From positions 29,091 through 93,090 of the forward strand of contig CACECL010000002.1 of NCBI GenBank assembly GCA_902557995.1: a stretch of 64,000 bases of DNA, read 5' to 3'. Below the pieces are notes generated by a model. It was not told the DNA's origin and ran no database searches. It worked only from the letters and a program-made list of their open reading frames with translations. Each line of letters begins with the position of its first letter. Position 1 is the stretch's first letter. Positions 20,247 through 30,260 of this stretch are shown in pieces. This DNA comes from an uncultured Pelagibacteraceae bacterium (GTDB lineage Bacteria; Pseudomonadota; Alphaproteobacteria; Pelagibacterales; Pelagibacteraceae). Both the position numbers and the translations under genes were made by a program.

Positions 20247-20440
20247 CGTCCTTAACTAACTCAAATTAACTTAGTAATAATTTAATAATTTTAGCTTTAG
20301 ATTTTTTGGTACACCCTCTCGTCACTATAAGGAATAATTTTTGATTAAAATTGAGTGTACGAATTAAAAAAAATTTTTTTAAAATTCATAAATAAAACAA
20401 GTTTGAAGCAAACTTTGAACATACGCCAATGATTTACTTT

Positions 20441-20587
20441 TATAATGCATTGGATTTCAATCCTTTTCTATCGTATTCCGCTTTTTTTATTATCTCCCTT
20501 GTTGCGTAATTCGAGTCAAACGAAAAGGATTGAGACCATAACCAATTACAAACTTTTAACCCTCAAAAAATCAATCAACAATAGGAG
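20441..20587 (+). promoter_or_regulatory. Putative promoter and structured 5' leader of the islet operon
   Basis: TATAAT at 20441; 12-bp perfect inverted repeat 20457-20468/20522-20533; SD AGGAG at 20583-20587. Confidence 0.5.
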
Positions 20588-20596
20588 TTCCAATAT

Positions 20597-20782
20597 ATGG
20601 AAATAGGCCGTGTCTGTAAGTACTGTCACGTGAGTGCTTACGTTGCGTATGATAACTGCGACCCCGTTTATAAACAAACTTTCAAATTCGAAATATTACC
20701 AGGTGAACACAACAGTTTAGTCTGGGATAAAATCATAAAAATATTTAAGAAAAATGGATACAAAGTGGAGCTCAAATCATGA
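20597..20782 (+). CDS. Small hypothetical protein with CxxCH/Cys motif
   Basis: 61 aa; good SD (AGGAG) 9 nt upstream; ATGA overlap with next ORF. Confidence 0.6.
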   Translation: MEIGRVCKYCHVSAYVAYDNCDPVYKQTFKFEILPGEHNSLVWDKIIKIFKKNGYKVELKS

Positions 20783-21354
20783 AAAGATTTTTACTTATTA
20801 TTTTATTACATCTATCTCTTTTTTTTCTTGTATTCGCCTACCAAGCCCAAGCAGAAGAGGACAATGAATGGTATGTAAATGACTTTGGGACCTTTGTTGT
20901 TGCTGCAGTATCAGGTGAAGTTATTCATGGCGATAAATTAAGGTTTTTTATAAAAAAAGAAGATTGCTCTAAAGTTTCAATGATGTTTTCATTTTCGACT
21001 AGTTTAAAAAAAGATGAAATTAAAGAACTCCAAGATAAAAAATTACCTATACGTATTAATGATTGGGACACAATAAGAGGTGCTAGAGTAGTTTACGTTC
21101 ATCCTTTTGGGTTTATGACTATAGTTATGATGCAAACACCAGGATATCACAAAATAAAAGAATTTATTGGTGCACTAAATGCAATGTATACGTTTGAGAA
21201 AATGTTTAGTATTCAATTAGTTAAACAACCACATTATGACCCTGAAGATCACTTTGATATTTTGCGTAATCATTGGAAATTAGATCGTCTTGAAGAAAAT
21301 ATAGAAATAGCACAAAGTATGTGTATTGGACCAGATGAAATAAGAAAAACGTAA
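20779..21354 (+). CDS. Hypothetical exported protein
   Basis: 191 aa; Sec signal peptide ending AQA; two Cys; family not recognised. Confidence 0.75.
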   Translation: MKRFLLIILLHLSLFFLVFAYQAQAEEDNEWYVNDFGTFVVAAVSGEVIHGDKLRFFIKKEDCSKVSMMFSFSTSLKKDEIKELQDKKLPIRINDWDTIRGARVVYVHPFGFMTIVMMQTPGYHKIKEFIGALNAMYTFEKMFSIQLVKQPHYDPEDHFDILRNHWKLDRLEENIEIAQSMCIGPDEIRKT

Positions 21355-21382
21355 AATAATAAATAAATTTATCTTAATAATT

Positions 21383-21459
21383 TGGTGGGCCCGCCAGGAC
21401 TCGAACCTGGGACCAATACATTATGAGTGTACTGCTCTAACCAACTGAGCTACAGGCCC
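21383..21459 (-). tRNA. tRNA-Ile2 (CAT anticodon, lysidine type)
   Basis: Cloverleaf GGGCCTG...CTCATAA...GGTTCGAGTCC...CGGGCCCACCA; G1-C72 paired (not initiator); C4-G69/C5-G68 as in TilS substrates; elongator Met not fully excluded. Confidence 0.88.
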
Positions 21460-21517
21460 AAAACTTAGAGTTAGTTATACTATTTTTTTATAGTTATCAA
21501 TTAAAGATGATAAAAAA

Positions 21518-21592
21518 TGGTGGGCCGTGTTGGTTACGCTCCAACTACCCCTGCAATGTCAATGCAGTACTCTACTATTGAGCTAACGGCCC
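21518..21592 (-). tRNA. tRNA-Val (GAC) with non-canonical T-loop
   Basis: All four stems pair; anticodon loop TTGACAT; encoded CCA; T-loop AGCGTAA. Confidence 0.88.
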
Positions 21593-21595
21593 TTA

Positions 21596-23419
21596 TTAAC
21601 TTTCTAAGAAACTTTTTAACTGCTTTGATCTGCTAGGATGCTTTAATTTTCTGAGTGCTTTAGCTTCAATTTGCCTAATTCTTTCTCTAGTAACTGAAAA
21701 CTGTAATCCAACTTCTTCTAAAGTATGATCTGTATTCATCCCTACACCAAATCTCATCCTTAAAACTCTTTCTTCTCTTGGTGTAAGAGTTGACAAAATT
21801 TTTGTCGTAGCTTCACCAAGGTTTGACTTTATGGCTTGTTCTAGTGGCGCTAATGCTTTTGTATCTTCTATAAAATCTCCCAGACTACTATCTTCTTCGT
21901 CACCAACTGGCTTTTCTAAAGAAACTGGTTCTTTTGAAATCTTTAAAACTTTTCTGACTTTATCTAATGGCATTCTTAATTTTTGAGCCAATTCCTCAGG
22001 GGTTGCTTCTCTTCCAAATTCACTTAAAATTAATCTTTGAGTTCTTACAATTTTATTTATAGTTTCAATCATATGAACAGGTATTCTAATAGTCCTAGCT
22101 TGATCAGCAATAGATCTTGTAATAGCTTGTCTAATCCACCAAGTTGCATAAGTCGAAAACTTGTAGCCTCTTCTATATTCAAATTTATCTACAGCTTTCA
22201 TTAATCCTATGTTACCTTCCTGGATTAAATCTAAAAATTGTAAACCTCTATTAGTGTATTTTTTTGCAATTGAAATTACTAATCTTAAGTTTGCTTCTAC
22301 CATCTCTTTTTTTGCAATTCTTGACTCCTTTTCACCTTTTTGAATTCTGCTTACTAATTTTTTAAAATCTGTTACTGATATTCCAAGCTTGTGACTTATT
22401 TCTATTAATCTTTCTCTAATATTTTTAAATTCATTTTTATTTTTAACAAAAAACTGTTTCCAGATAGCATTTGTATCTAAAAAACTTTTTAAGTTTGGAT
22501 TAATTTCATTACCAACATAAAATTTAATAAATTCATTTCTTGGTATTTTATGATCCATTGCAAGTCTTAAAAGATTACCTTCTAAAGAAATAATTTTTTT
22601 ATTTTCGACGTAATGTTTTTGGACAAGTTCCTCAAGTACAGATGGAGATAATTGAAGAGATTTTATATTTTCTAATATATCATTAACAATTTTTTCATAA
22701 CTTTTCTCTTTGGCACTGGAGAAAGATTGTGAATTAAGAACACAATTTAATTTCTCATTCTGATATTTTATTAATTTTGAATATTCTTTTGTAAGAGTAT
22801 TAATAGTCTTAAGAACCTTTGGTTTTATTTCGGTCTCCATTGCTGCAAGAGTAGGATTAAAATCATCATCATCTTCGCCTGAACCTTCATCTTTATCTGT
22901 TTCACCTGCATTTTTTTGCTTAGCACTTGGTCCTGTAGTTTCATCTTCCATATAGTTTGTATCTATATCGATTATTTCTCTTACAAGAATTTCGTCTTTT
23001 TGTAATAGTTCATTCCATTCAAAAAATTGTTGAGCTGTGATTGGACTTTGAGATAATGCTATTAACATTACATCTTTTCCTGCTTCAATTCTTTTTGCTA
23101 TTGCAATTTCACCTTCTCTAGATAGCAACTCAACACCACCCATTTCTCTAAGATACATTCTTATAGGATCATCACTTTTTTCAATTGTTTTACCTTCTTC
23201 TTTGTTAGAGTTTTCTTTTTTTCTTAAAACTTTAAAATCTGATTTTTTTTCAACTAAAGAAATTTTTTCATCCAAAATATGAATAAAAGCTTGTGCTAAA
23301 TTTTCATCAGATAAATTTCTTTTACCTAATGACTTACTTAACTCTTCGTGGGTTATAAATCCTCTATGAGTTCCACGACCCATTAATCTAGCAAATGATT
23401 TTGTAATTATTCTTTCCAC
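21596..23419 (-). CDS. rpoD: RNA polymerase sigma-70 factor RpoD
   Basis: [48 protein letters not shown]. Confidence 0.99.
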   Translation of the reverse strand: MERIITKSFARLMGRGTHRGFITHEELSKSLGKRNLSDENLAQAFIHILDEKISLVEKKSDFKVLRKKENSNKEEGKTIEKSDDPIRMYLREMGGVELLSREGEIAIAKRIEAGKDVMLIALSQSPITAQQFFEWNELLQKDEILVREIIDIDTNYMEDETTGPSAKQKNAGETDKDEGSGEDDDDFNPTLAAMETEIKPKVLKTINTLTKEYSKLIKYQNEKLNCVLNSQSFSSAKEKSYEKIVNDILENIKSLQLSPSVLEELVQKHYVENKKIISLEGNLLRLAMDHKIPRNEFIKFYVGNEINPNLKSFLDTNAIWKQFFVKNKNEFKNIRERLIEISHKLGISVTDFKKLVSRIQKGEKESRIAKKEMVEANLRLVISIAKKYTNRGLQFLDLIQEGNIGLMKAVDKFEYRRGYKFSTYATWWIRQAITRSIADQARTIRIPVHMIETINKIVRTQRLILSEFGREATPEELAQKLRMPLDKVRKVLKISKEPVSLEKPVGDEEDSSLGDFIEDTKALAPLEQAIKSNLGEATTKILSTLTPREERVLRMRFGVGMNTDHTLEEVGLQFSVTRERIRQIEAKALRKLKHPSRSKQLKSFLES

Positions 23420-23491
23420 AGCAATTTAATGTAAACTAAGATGTCTTATATAATCTCAATTATATAAAAATCCATTATTAATTTTAGCCGA

Positions 23492-25267
23492 TTAATTGAG
23501 ATTCTGCTTTTTTTTAAGCTCTTTTAGCTCATTAAATGTGCTCTCACTCATATCAATTGAAAACTTCGATTCTAACTCTTGGATTCTAAACTCAAGATCA
23601 TAATTCATTAAATCTCTAGAGATGTCCTCTAGTAATTCAATTATTTTTTGATCATCATCAGATTGATTTTTTAAGATATGTTTGATTGGAGCAAATTTGT
23701 TTATTTTTTCTATTAACTGAACATCTAAGTCAAGATCTTGAGTTGTGATTTGCGAACCAGATTTCAATTTTTCAATAATCATTTCAAATATTTTTTTATT
23801 TAACTCAGTAAATAATTTAATATTTTCAATCAAATGAACATTTGCTTGCAACAAATCTAATTTATTTATGACCAAATATAATAAAGAAAACTCTTTTAAT
23901 TCAACTCCAGTCAAAGACTTGCTTTCTTGAAAATATTTTTTTGTGCTCTCTAAAGATTTTGTTTTTTTTGTATAAAATCTTTTATTATTTTGATTGGAAT
24001 GTGGTGTTAGTTCAGAAATTTTTTCTAAAAAATATTCTAAAACATATTTTTTTATAAAATCATCCTTAATTGTATTTGCAATTGCTCTAAGTTTCTTCTC
24101 AAAAATAGCCATCGATGAGGGATTATTTTTAGTTTGTTTTTTATAATGACTAAAAATAAATTGATGGATTGATAATTTGCTCTGCTTTGTAAAATCTACA
24201 AAATTAGCTTTACCATTTTTGTTCACATAGCTATCAGGATCTTCTTTATCCGGTAAAAATAAAAAAGAAATTTGTTTCTCTGGTTTTAGTTCCTTTATTG
24301 AATTTTCTGCTGCTCTTACAGCAGCCTTATAACCACTTTCGTCACCATCGAAACATATTATGATATCATCAAAAAATTGATTTAAAGTTAAAATCTGTTT
24401 ATCAGTTAGAGACGTACCAAGATTTGCCACTACGTTATCAATTCCATTTTTGCTCAGGCCTAAAACATCCATGTATCCTTCAACAAGATAAATATGATCA
24501 ATTTTATTTGAAAGTTTTCTTGCTAAATCTAAATTATATAAATTTGATCCCTTTTTAAAAAAATTTGTCTCAGGTGAATTTATATATTTAGCTAAATAAT
24601 CTAAATTTTCTATAATTCTCCCTCCTAAAGCAATTGGTTGACCTGAAATATTATTGATTGGAAATATTAATCGACCTCTAAATCTTTCTAAATAAATTTT
24701 TTTTTTCTCGTCTAAATAGAATAAACCAGTTTCTACTAAAGTTTGCTCACTATAATCTTTTTTCAATTTTTCAAAAAAATTTGGATTTTTTTCTATATAT
24801 CCTATTTTAAATTTTTTTACTTCATCTTTACTTAGTGATCTATTTTTTAAATAATCCCTAGCAATTGAATAATTTTCATTTTTTAAAAGTTCATTATGGT
24901 AATAGTTTACGTATTCACTAAAAATAGATTTATACTCATTCCACTTTTTTTCTCTTTCTTCATCTTGTTTTGAAAACATATATGGCTGCATCCCCGCTAA
25001 TTGAGCTAGGTATTTAACTGACTCTCCAAACTTTAAATTTTGAGTTTTCATTACAAAATCAAAAATATTTCCATGTTCAGAAGTTGCAAAACAATGATAA
25101 AATTCTTTTTCATCATTAACAGTAAATGAAGGTGTTTTTTCATTTTTAAAAGGTGATAAACCCACAAATTCTTTACCTCGTTTTTTTAAGGAAACAGTTT
25201 TTGATACTACCGTTGAAACTTTCAACCTATTTTTAATTTCATCAAGGTACTCTTTTGGATATTTCAT
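23492..25267 (-). CDS. dnaG: DNA primase
   Basis: EKTPSF, KYINSPET, VEGYMD, FDGD..G, DPD motifs. Confidence 0.97.
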   Translation of the reverse strand: MKYPKEYLDEIKNRLKVSTVVSKTVSLKKRGKEFVGLSPFKNEKTPSFTVNDEKEFYHCFATSEHGNIFDFVMKTQNLKFGESVKYLAQLAGMQPYMFSKQDEEREKKWNEYKSIFSEYVNYYHNELLKNENYSIARDYLKNRSLSKDEVKKFKIGYIEKNPNFFEKLKKDYSEQTLVETGLFYLDEKKKIYLERFRGRLIFPINNISGQPIALGGRIIENLDYLAKYINSPETNFFKKGSNLYNLDLARKLSNKIDHIYLVEGYMDVLGLSKNGIDNVVANLGTSLTDKQILTLNQFFDDIIICFDGDESGYKAAVRAAENSIKELKPEKQISFLFLPDKEDPDSYVNKNGKANFVDFTKQSKLSIHQFIFSHYKKQTKNNPSSMAIFEKKLRAIANTIKDDFIKKYVLEYFLEKISELTPHSNQNNKRFYTKKTKSLESTKKYFQESKSLTGVELKEFSLLYLVINKLDLLQANVHLIENIKLFTELNKKIFEMIIEKLKSGSQITTQDLDLDVQLIEKINKFAPIKHILKNQSDDDQKIIELLEDISRDLMNYDLEFRIQELESKFSIDMSESTFNELKELKKKQNLN

Positions 25268-25728
25268 TATTTATTCAACAATTCTTTAATCAATGATCCT
25301 GCTTTGGAAAAATCAATTTCATCTGCATGAGTTTTTTTAAGTTCACCCATAACTTTTCCCATATCTTTTAATGAATTTGCTCCAATTTTTGAAATAACAT
25401 CTGCACAAATTTTCTTAGTTTCCCCTTCACTAAGCTGCTTTGGAAGAAAACTTGTTAAAATATCATACTCATTTTGCTCAACCTCTAAAAGATCTGTTCT
25501 ATTATTTTTTTTATAAATATCGATCGATTCGGCTCGTTGCTTAACCATTTTTTTTAAAAGCTTCTTAATGTCCTCATCGTCAGTTTCTTTTTTATTTGGG
25601 CCTGATCTGTTAACAATATCCAAATCCTTAATCGAAGATAATATTAACCTATAGGTTGATATTTTATTTTTATCTTTAGATTTTAAAGCATTTTTATATT
25701 CGTTTTCGATGGTCTGTTTTAATGACAT
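25267..25728 (-). CDS. GatB/YqeY domain protein
   Basis: K.R.ES...Y....R.DL...E, LP.QL, DMGKVMG; usual position before dnaG. Confidence 0.9.
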   Translation of the reverse strand: MSLKQTIENEYKNALKSKDKNKISTYRLILSSIKDLDIVNRSGPNKKETDDEDIKKLLKKMVKQRAESIDIYKKNNRTDLLEVEQNEYDILTSFLPKQLSEGETKKICADVISKIGANSLKDMGKVMGELKKTHADEIDFSKAGSLIKELLNK

Positions 25729-25854
25729 AATTTTTTAATCTACTTTAAAGAAAAAATTCTTCAAAAGAAAAATTGTTTTTTTACAATTTTATATTACATC
25801 TCTGTTGCGATAATAAAGCAATTATTGTATTAACCTTTAACTCATGAGTTGTAA

Positions 25855-27051
25855 TTGAACAAAAAATCAAAAAAAACTAACTCAAAAATAAAATCTCAAA
25901 TCAATACAGGCGTTTTAGTTCTCGAAAATAAAAAGGTATTCAAAGGAATTGGAATTGGATACCAAGGAGAAGCCACAGGCGAAGTTTGCTTTAATACATC
26001 CTTAACAGGCTATCAAGAAATCATCTCTGATCCTTCATATGCAGGTCAAATTATAAACTTTACCTTTCCCCACATTGGAAATGTTGGAACCAATAAAGAA
26101 GATCATGAATCTGATAAAATATGGGCAAAAGGAGTGATAATTAATTCTGAAATAACTTCACCCTCAAATTACAGATCATTCCTACATTTAGATACTTGGC
26201 TAAAGAAAAATAAAATTATTGGAATTACTGGCTTAGACACCAGAAGCTTAACAAACTTTATAAGAGACAAAGGCGCCCCCAAAGGTACTATTAGTTATTC
26301 AAAAAAAGGAAAATTTAATATTAATAAATTGACCAACTCTACAATAAAATGGAGTGGATTAAAAAATCTTGATCTTGCAGAAGTAGTTTCAACCCAGAAA
26401 AATTATATTTGGAAAGGTCTTAAAACATGGAAAAAAGAACTTGGATATAAAAAAAATAATAAGAACTCACTTCATGTTGTTGCAATTGACTATGGAATTA
26501 AAAAAAACATCTTAAGATATTTTTCTGACTTCAACTGTAAAGTTACAGTTGTCTCCTGTAAAACTAGTGCCCACAAAATTTTAGCTTTAAAACCAAATGG
26601 AATATTTTTATCAAATGGTCCTGGTGATCCAGCTGCAACAGGGAAATATGCTATAGAAATTATTAAAGATCTAATTAAAAAAAATTTACCAATATTTGGT
26701 ATTTGTTTGGGTCATCAAATTTTAGCATTGGCATTAGGTGGTAAAACAAAGAAAATGAAACTTGGTCATAGAGGAGCAAATCACCCTGTTAAAAATTTAA
26801 TTCATGATAATGTTGAGATAACGAGTCAAAACCATGGATTTGAAGTAGTTAAAGAAACATTACCAAAACATATTGAGGTCACACATAAATCTTTATTTGA
26901 TAATAGTATTGAAGGTATCAAACTAAAAAATAAACCAGTCTTTTCAGTTCAATATCATCCAGAGTCTAATCCAGGACCTCAAGATAGTGTTTATTTGTTT
27001 CAAGAATTTATTAACAACATGAAAAAAAATGCCAAAAAGAAAAGATATTAA
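25855..27051 (+). CDS. carA: Carbamoyl-phosphate synthase small subunit
   Basis: GEVCFNT..TGYQE, SNGPGDP, GICLGHQ, QYHPE. Confidence 0.98.
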   Translation: MNKKSKKTNSKIKSQINTGVLVLENKKVFKGIGIGYQGEATGEVCFNTSLTGYQEIISDPSYAGQIINFTFPHIGNVGTNKEDHESDKIWAKGVIINSEITSPSNYRSFLHLDTWLKKNKIIGITGLDTRSLTNFIRDKGAPKGTISYSKKGKFNINKLTNSTIKWSGLKNLDLAEVVSTQKNYIWKGLKTWKKELGYKKNNKNSLHVVAIDYGIKKNILRYFSDFNCKVTVVSCKTSAHKILALKPNGIFLSNGPGDPAATGKYAIEIIKDLIKKNLPIFGICLGHQILALALGGKTKKMKLGHRGANHPVKNLIHDNVEITSQNHGFEVVKETLPKHIEVTHKSLFDNSIEGIKLKNKPVFSVQYHPESNPGPQDSVYLFQEFINNMKKNAKKKRY

Positions 27052-30000
27052 AAAAATATTAGTTGTAGGAGCCGGTCCAATAATTATAGGACAAGCATGT
27101 GAATTTGATTATTCAGGGACACAAGCATGTAAAGCTCTTAAAGATGAGGGTTATAAAGTAGTCTTAATAAATTCAAATCCTGCAACAATTATGACTGATC
27201 CAGATGTTGCAGATAAAACTTATATTGAACCAATTACACTAGGTGTATTAGAAAAAATTCTAAAGAAAGAAAAACCTGATGCAATTCTTCCAACAATGGG
27301 AGGGCAAACTGCGCTTAACCTTGCAATGGAAGCAGAGAAAAAAGGAATTCTAAAAAAATACAAAATTGAGTTGATAGGGGCGAATTCTAAAGCAATTTCT
27401 AATGCAGAAGATAGAAAGAAATTTAGAAAAAATATGATAGATATTGGTTTAGATTTACCAAAATCAGAAATCTTAAATAATAATAATCAAGCAGCAAAAG
27501 TATTAAAAAAAATTGGTTTACCTGCAATTATAAGACCTGCTTTTACACTTGGTGGGCTTGGTGGGGGAATAGCTAAAACTAAAAAAGATTATTTTAAGAT
27601 TGTTAAAAATGGATTGCATGAATCTCCAGTAAGCCAAGTTCTTGTAGAGGAATGTTTAGAAGGCTGGAAAGAATTTGAGATGGAGGTTGTAAGAGATAAG
27701 AAAGATAACTGTATCATCATTTGCTCGATTGAAAATATAGATCCAATGGGAATTCATACAGGTGACTCAGTAACAATTGCACCAGCTCTTACTTTGACCG
27801 ACAAAGAATATCAGGTGATGAGAAATGCTTCTATTGCATGTTTAAGAAAAATTGGAGTTGAAACTGGAGGATCAAATGTTCAGTTTGCTATCAATCCTAA
27901 AAACGGGCGAATGGTTGTCATTGAAATGAATCCACGTGTATCAAGATCATCAGCACTTGCATCAAAAGCAACTGGATTTCCAATTGCGAAAGTGGCTGCA
28001 AAATTAGCAGTTGGTTATACTCTGGATGAATTAAAAAATGAAATAACTAAAGTTACTCCTGCATCATTTGAACCAAGTATAGATTATGTAGTAACTAAAA
28101 TTCCAAGATTTACATTTGAAAAATTTTCTACTTCTCCTGCAACTTTAGGGACATCAATGAAGTCAGTAGGTGAGGCAATGGCTATTGGAAGGAACTTTAA
28201 AGAATCTTTACAAAAGGCTTTGGTATCTCTTGAAACTGGTTTTTCAGGTTTAGACAGAATTTTTGATTTAAATAAAAAGCAAATTGAAAAGAAACTTAAA
28301 GAAACTATTCCAAATAAAATATTACTAGTTGCTGAAGCAATTAGAAAAAAAATAGACTTAAAAAGAATATACAATTTATCAAAAATTGATCCTTGGTTTT
28401 TAGAACAAATTAAGGAGATAGTAGATTGTGAAATACAGATAAAAACCAAAGGACTTCCTAAAGATTTTGCAGAATTTAATAAAATAAAATCAATAGGATT
28501 TTCAGATAAAAAACTTTCGGAATTAACTAAAACGTCTGAAGAAATTGTAAGAAGAAAAAGATCAGCGCTTAAAATACTTCCAGTTTATAAAAAAGTAGAT
28601 ACTTGTGCAGCTGAATTCAAATCTTTTACTCCATATATGTACTCAACTTATCAAAGAAATTTTTCAATTAACTCTGAATGTGAAGCTGATCCATCAAATA
28701 AGAAAAAAATAATTATTCTTGGAGGAGGACCAAATAGAATTGGTCAAGGAATTGAGTTTGATTATTGCTGTTGTCAGGCAAGTTTTTCATTAAAAGATGC
28801 AGGTTATGAGACTATCATGGTAAATTGTAACCCTGAAACAGTATCAACAGACTATGATACGAGTGATCGATTATACTTTGAGCCTTTAAAAGAAGAGTAC
28901 GTATTTAATATTATTAAAAAAGAACAAGAAAAAGGAAACCTAATAGGAGTGATAGCTCAGTTTGGTGGACAAACTCCAATTAAACTTGCTAAATTTTTAC
29001 ATGACAACAAACTTCCAATTTTAGGAACACAATATACTTCTATCGATTTAGCAGAGGATAGAGACCGATTTAGAAATTTATTAAACAAATTAAAACTAAA
29101 GCAGGCGGAGAGTGGAATTGCAAAAACATTTAATCAGGCAATTAAAATTGCAGATAAAATAGGATTACCATTAATGGTAAGACCCTCTTATGTTTTGGGT
29201 GGAAGAGCAATGGAAATTGTTCATGAAAAAAATCAGCTTAAAAAGTTTGTTGAAGAAGCATTTAAAGCTGCAGAAGAAAATCCAATTTTGATTGATAAAT
29301 TTATTGATCATGCAATGGAAGTGGATGTGGATGCCATATCAGACGGAAAACAGGTTCACGTTGCAGGGATTATGCAACACATCGAAGAAGCTGGAATTCA
29401 TTCAGGAGACTCAGCGTGTAGCCTACCCCCTGTATCGATTAAACAGTACCTTCTTAAAGAAATAGAAAATCAAACAAAAAAATTAGCTATAGCTTTAAAT
29501 GTTAAAGGTTTCATGAATATACAGTTTGCAATAAAAAAAGATGAAATTTATGTAATTGAAGTTAATCCAAGAGCTAGTCGAACAGTTCCTTTTGTATCAA
29601 AAGCAAAAGGTCTTCCTCTAGCTAAAATTGCATCAAGAGTGATGGCTGGTGAAAAATTATCTAAGTTTAATTTAAAAGACAAATCTAAAGGTATGTACGC
29701 AGTTAAAGAAGCTGTATTTCCATTTAATAAATTTCCAAATAGTGACTTATTGTTAGGACCTGAGATGAAATCTACTGGAGAAGTTATGGGATTTGATAAA
29801 AATTTTGGAATGGCTTTTGCCAAAAGTCAGATCGCGGCAGCTAACTCATTACCTAAGCAAGGATTAGCTTTTATATCTCTCAAAGATAGTCACAAAGATG
29901 AGGGAATTGATTTAGCAAAACAACTTCTTAAACTTAAGTTTACATTATGTGCTACTAGAGGAACTGCAGAATATATTCGAAAATATGGGATGAAATGTAA

Positions 30001-30253
30001 AATTATTAATAAGGTAAGCACTGGTTCGCCTCACATAGTAGATGTTTTAGACTCTAAAAAAATTGCATTAGTAATAAATACTGGAGGTGGAAATAGTGAA
30101 CATAGATTAAGCGATGCAATAGCTTTAAGAAGAGCAACGCTTAAGAATAAAGTTCCTTATTGTACTAATATGTCAACTGCTCAAGCTTGTATAGAAGCAA
30201 TTAGATCTTTAAAAACAAAAAAAATGGAGGTTAATTCCCTGCAAGATATTTAA
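27029..30253 (+). CDS. carB: Carbamoyl-phosphate synthase large subunit
   Basis: [16 protein letters not shown], duplicated ATP-grasp halves, C-terminal MGS-like domain. Confidence 0.99.
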   Translation: MPKRKDIKKILVVGAGPIIIGQACEFDYSGTQACKALKDEGYKVVLINSNPATIMTDPDVADKTYIEPITLGVLEKILKKEKPDAILPTMGGQTALNLAMEAEKKGILKKYKIELIGANSKAISNAEDRKKFRKNMIDIGLDLPKSEILNNNNQAAKVLKKIGLPAIIRPAFTLGGLGGGIAKTKKDYFKIVKNGLHESPVSQVLVEECLEGWKEFEMEVVRDKKDNCIIICSIENIDPMGIHTGDSVTIAPALTLTDKEYQVMRNASIACLRKIGVETGGSNVQFAINPKNGRMVVIEMNPRVSRSSALASKATGFPIAKVAAKLAVGYTLDELKNEITKVTPASFEPSIDYVVTKIPRFTFEKFSTSPATLGTSMKSVGEAMAIGRNFKESLQKALVSLETGFSGLDRIFDLNKKQIEKKLKETIPNKILLVAEAIRKKIDLKRIYNLSKIDPWFLEQIKEIVDCEIQIKTKGLPKDFAEFNKIKSIGFSDKKLSELTKTSEEIVRRKRSALKILPVYKKVDTCAAEFKSFTPYMYSTYQRNFSINSECEADPSNKKKIIILGGGPNRIGQGIEFDYCCCQASFSLKDAGYETIMVNCNPETVSTDYDTSDRLYFEPLKEEYVFNIIKKEQEKGNLIGVIAQFGGQTPIKLAKFLHDNKLPILGTQYTSIDLAEDRDRFRNLLNKLKLKQAESGIAKTFNQAIKIADKIGLPLMVRPSYVLGGRAMEIVHEKNQLKKFVEEAFKAAEENPILIDKFIDHAMEVDVDAISDGKQVHVAGIMQHIEEAGIHSGDSACSLPPVSIKQYLLKEIENQTKKLAIALNVKGFMNIQFAIKKDEIYVIEVNPRASRTVPFVSKAKGLPLAKIASRVMAGEKLSKFNLKDKSKGMYAVKEAVFPFNKFPNSDLLLGPEMKSTGEVMGFDKNFGMAFAKSQIAAANSLPKQGLAFISLKDSHKDEGIDLAKQLLKLKFTLCATRGTAEYIRKYGMKCKIINKVSTGSPHIVDVLDSKKIALVINTGGGNSEHRLSDAIALRRATLKNKVPYCTNMSTAQACIEAIRSLKTKKMEVNSLQDI

Positions 30254-30260
30254 GTAATTT

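Larger units (their letters stand above)
20202..21427. mobile_element. tRNA-Ile2-integrated islet / prophage remnant without integrase
   Basis: Direct repeats of the tRNA 3' half 1181 bp apart, enclosing two orphan ORFs and about 350 bp of noncoding DNA. Confidence 0.8.

Noticed and set aside
20318-20333. CGTCACTATAAGG resembling the core of a T7-like phage promoter inside the islet
   Set aside because: Only the short CACTATA core matches, it is a single copy, and no phage RNA polymerase is present; plausible by chance
20451-20538. Retron msr-msd or MITE reading of the islet inverted repeat
   Set aside because: No reverse transcriptase or transposase nearby, no target-site duplication, and no second copy seen
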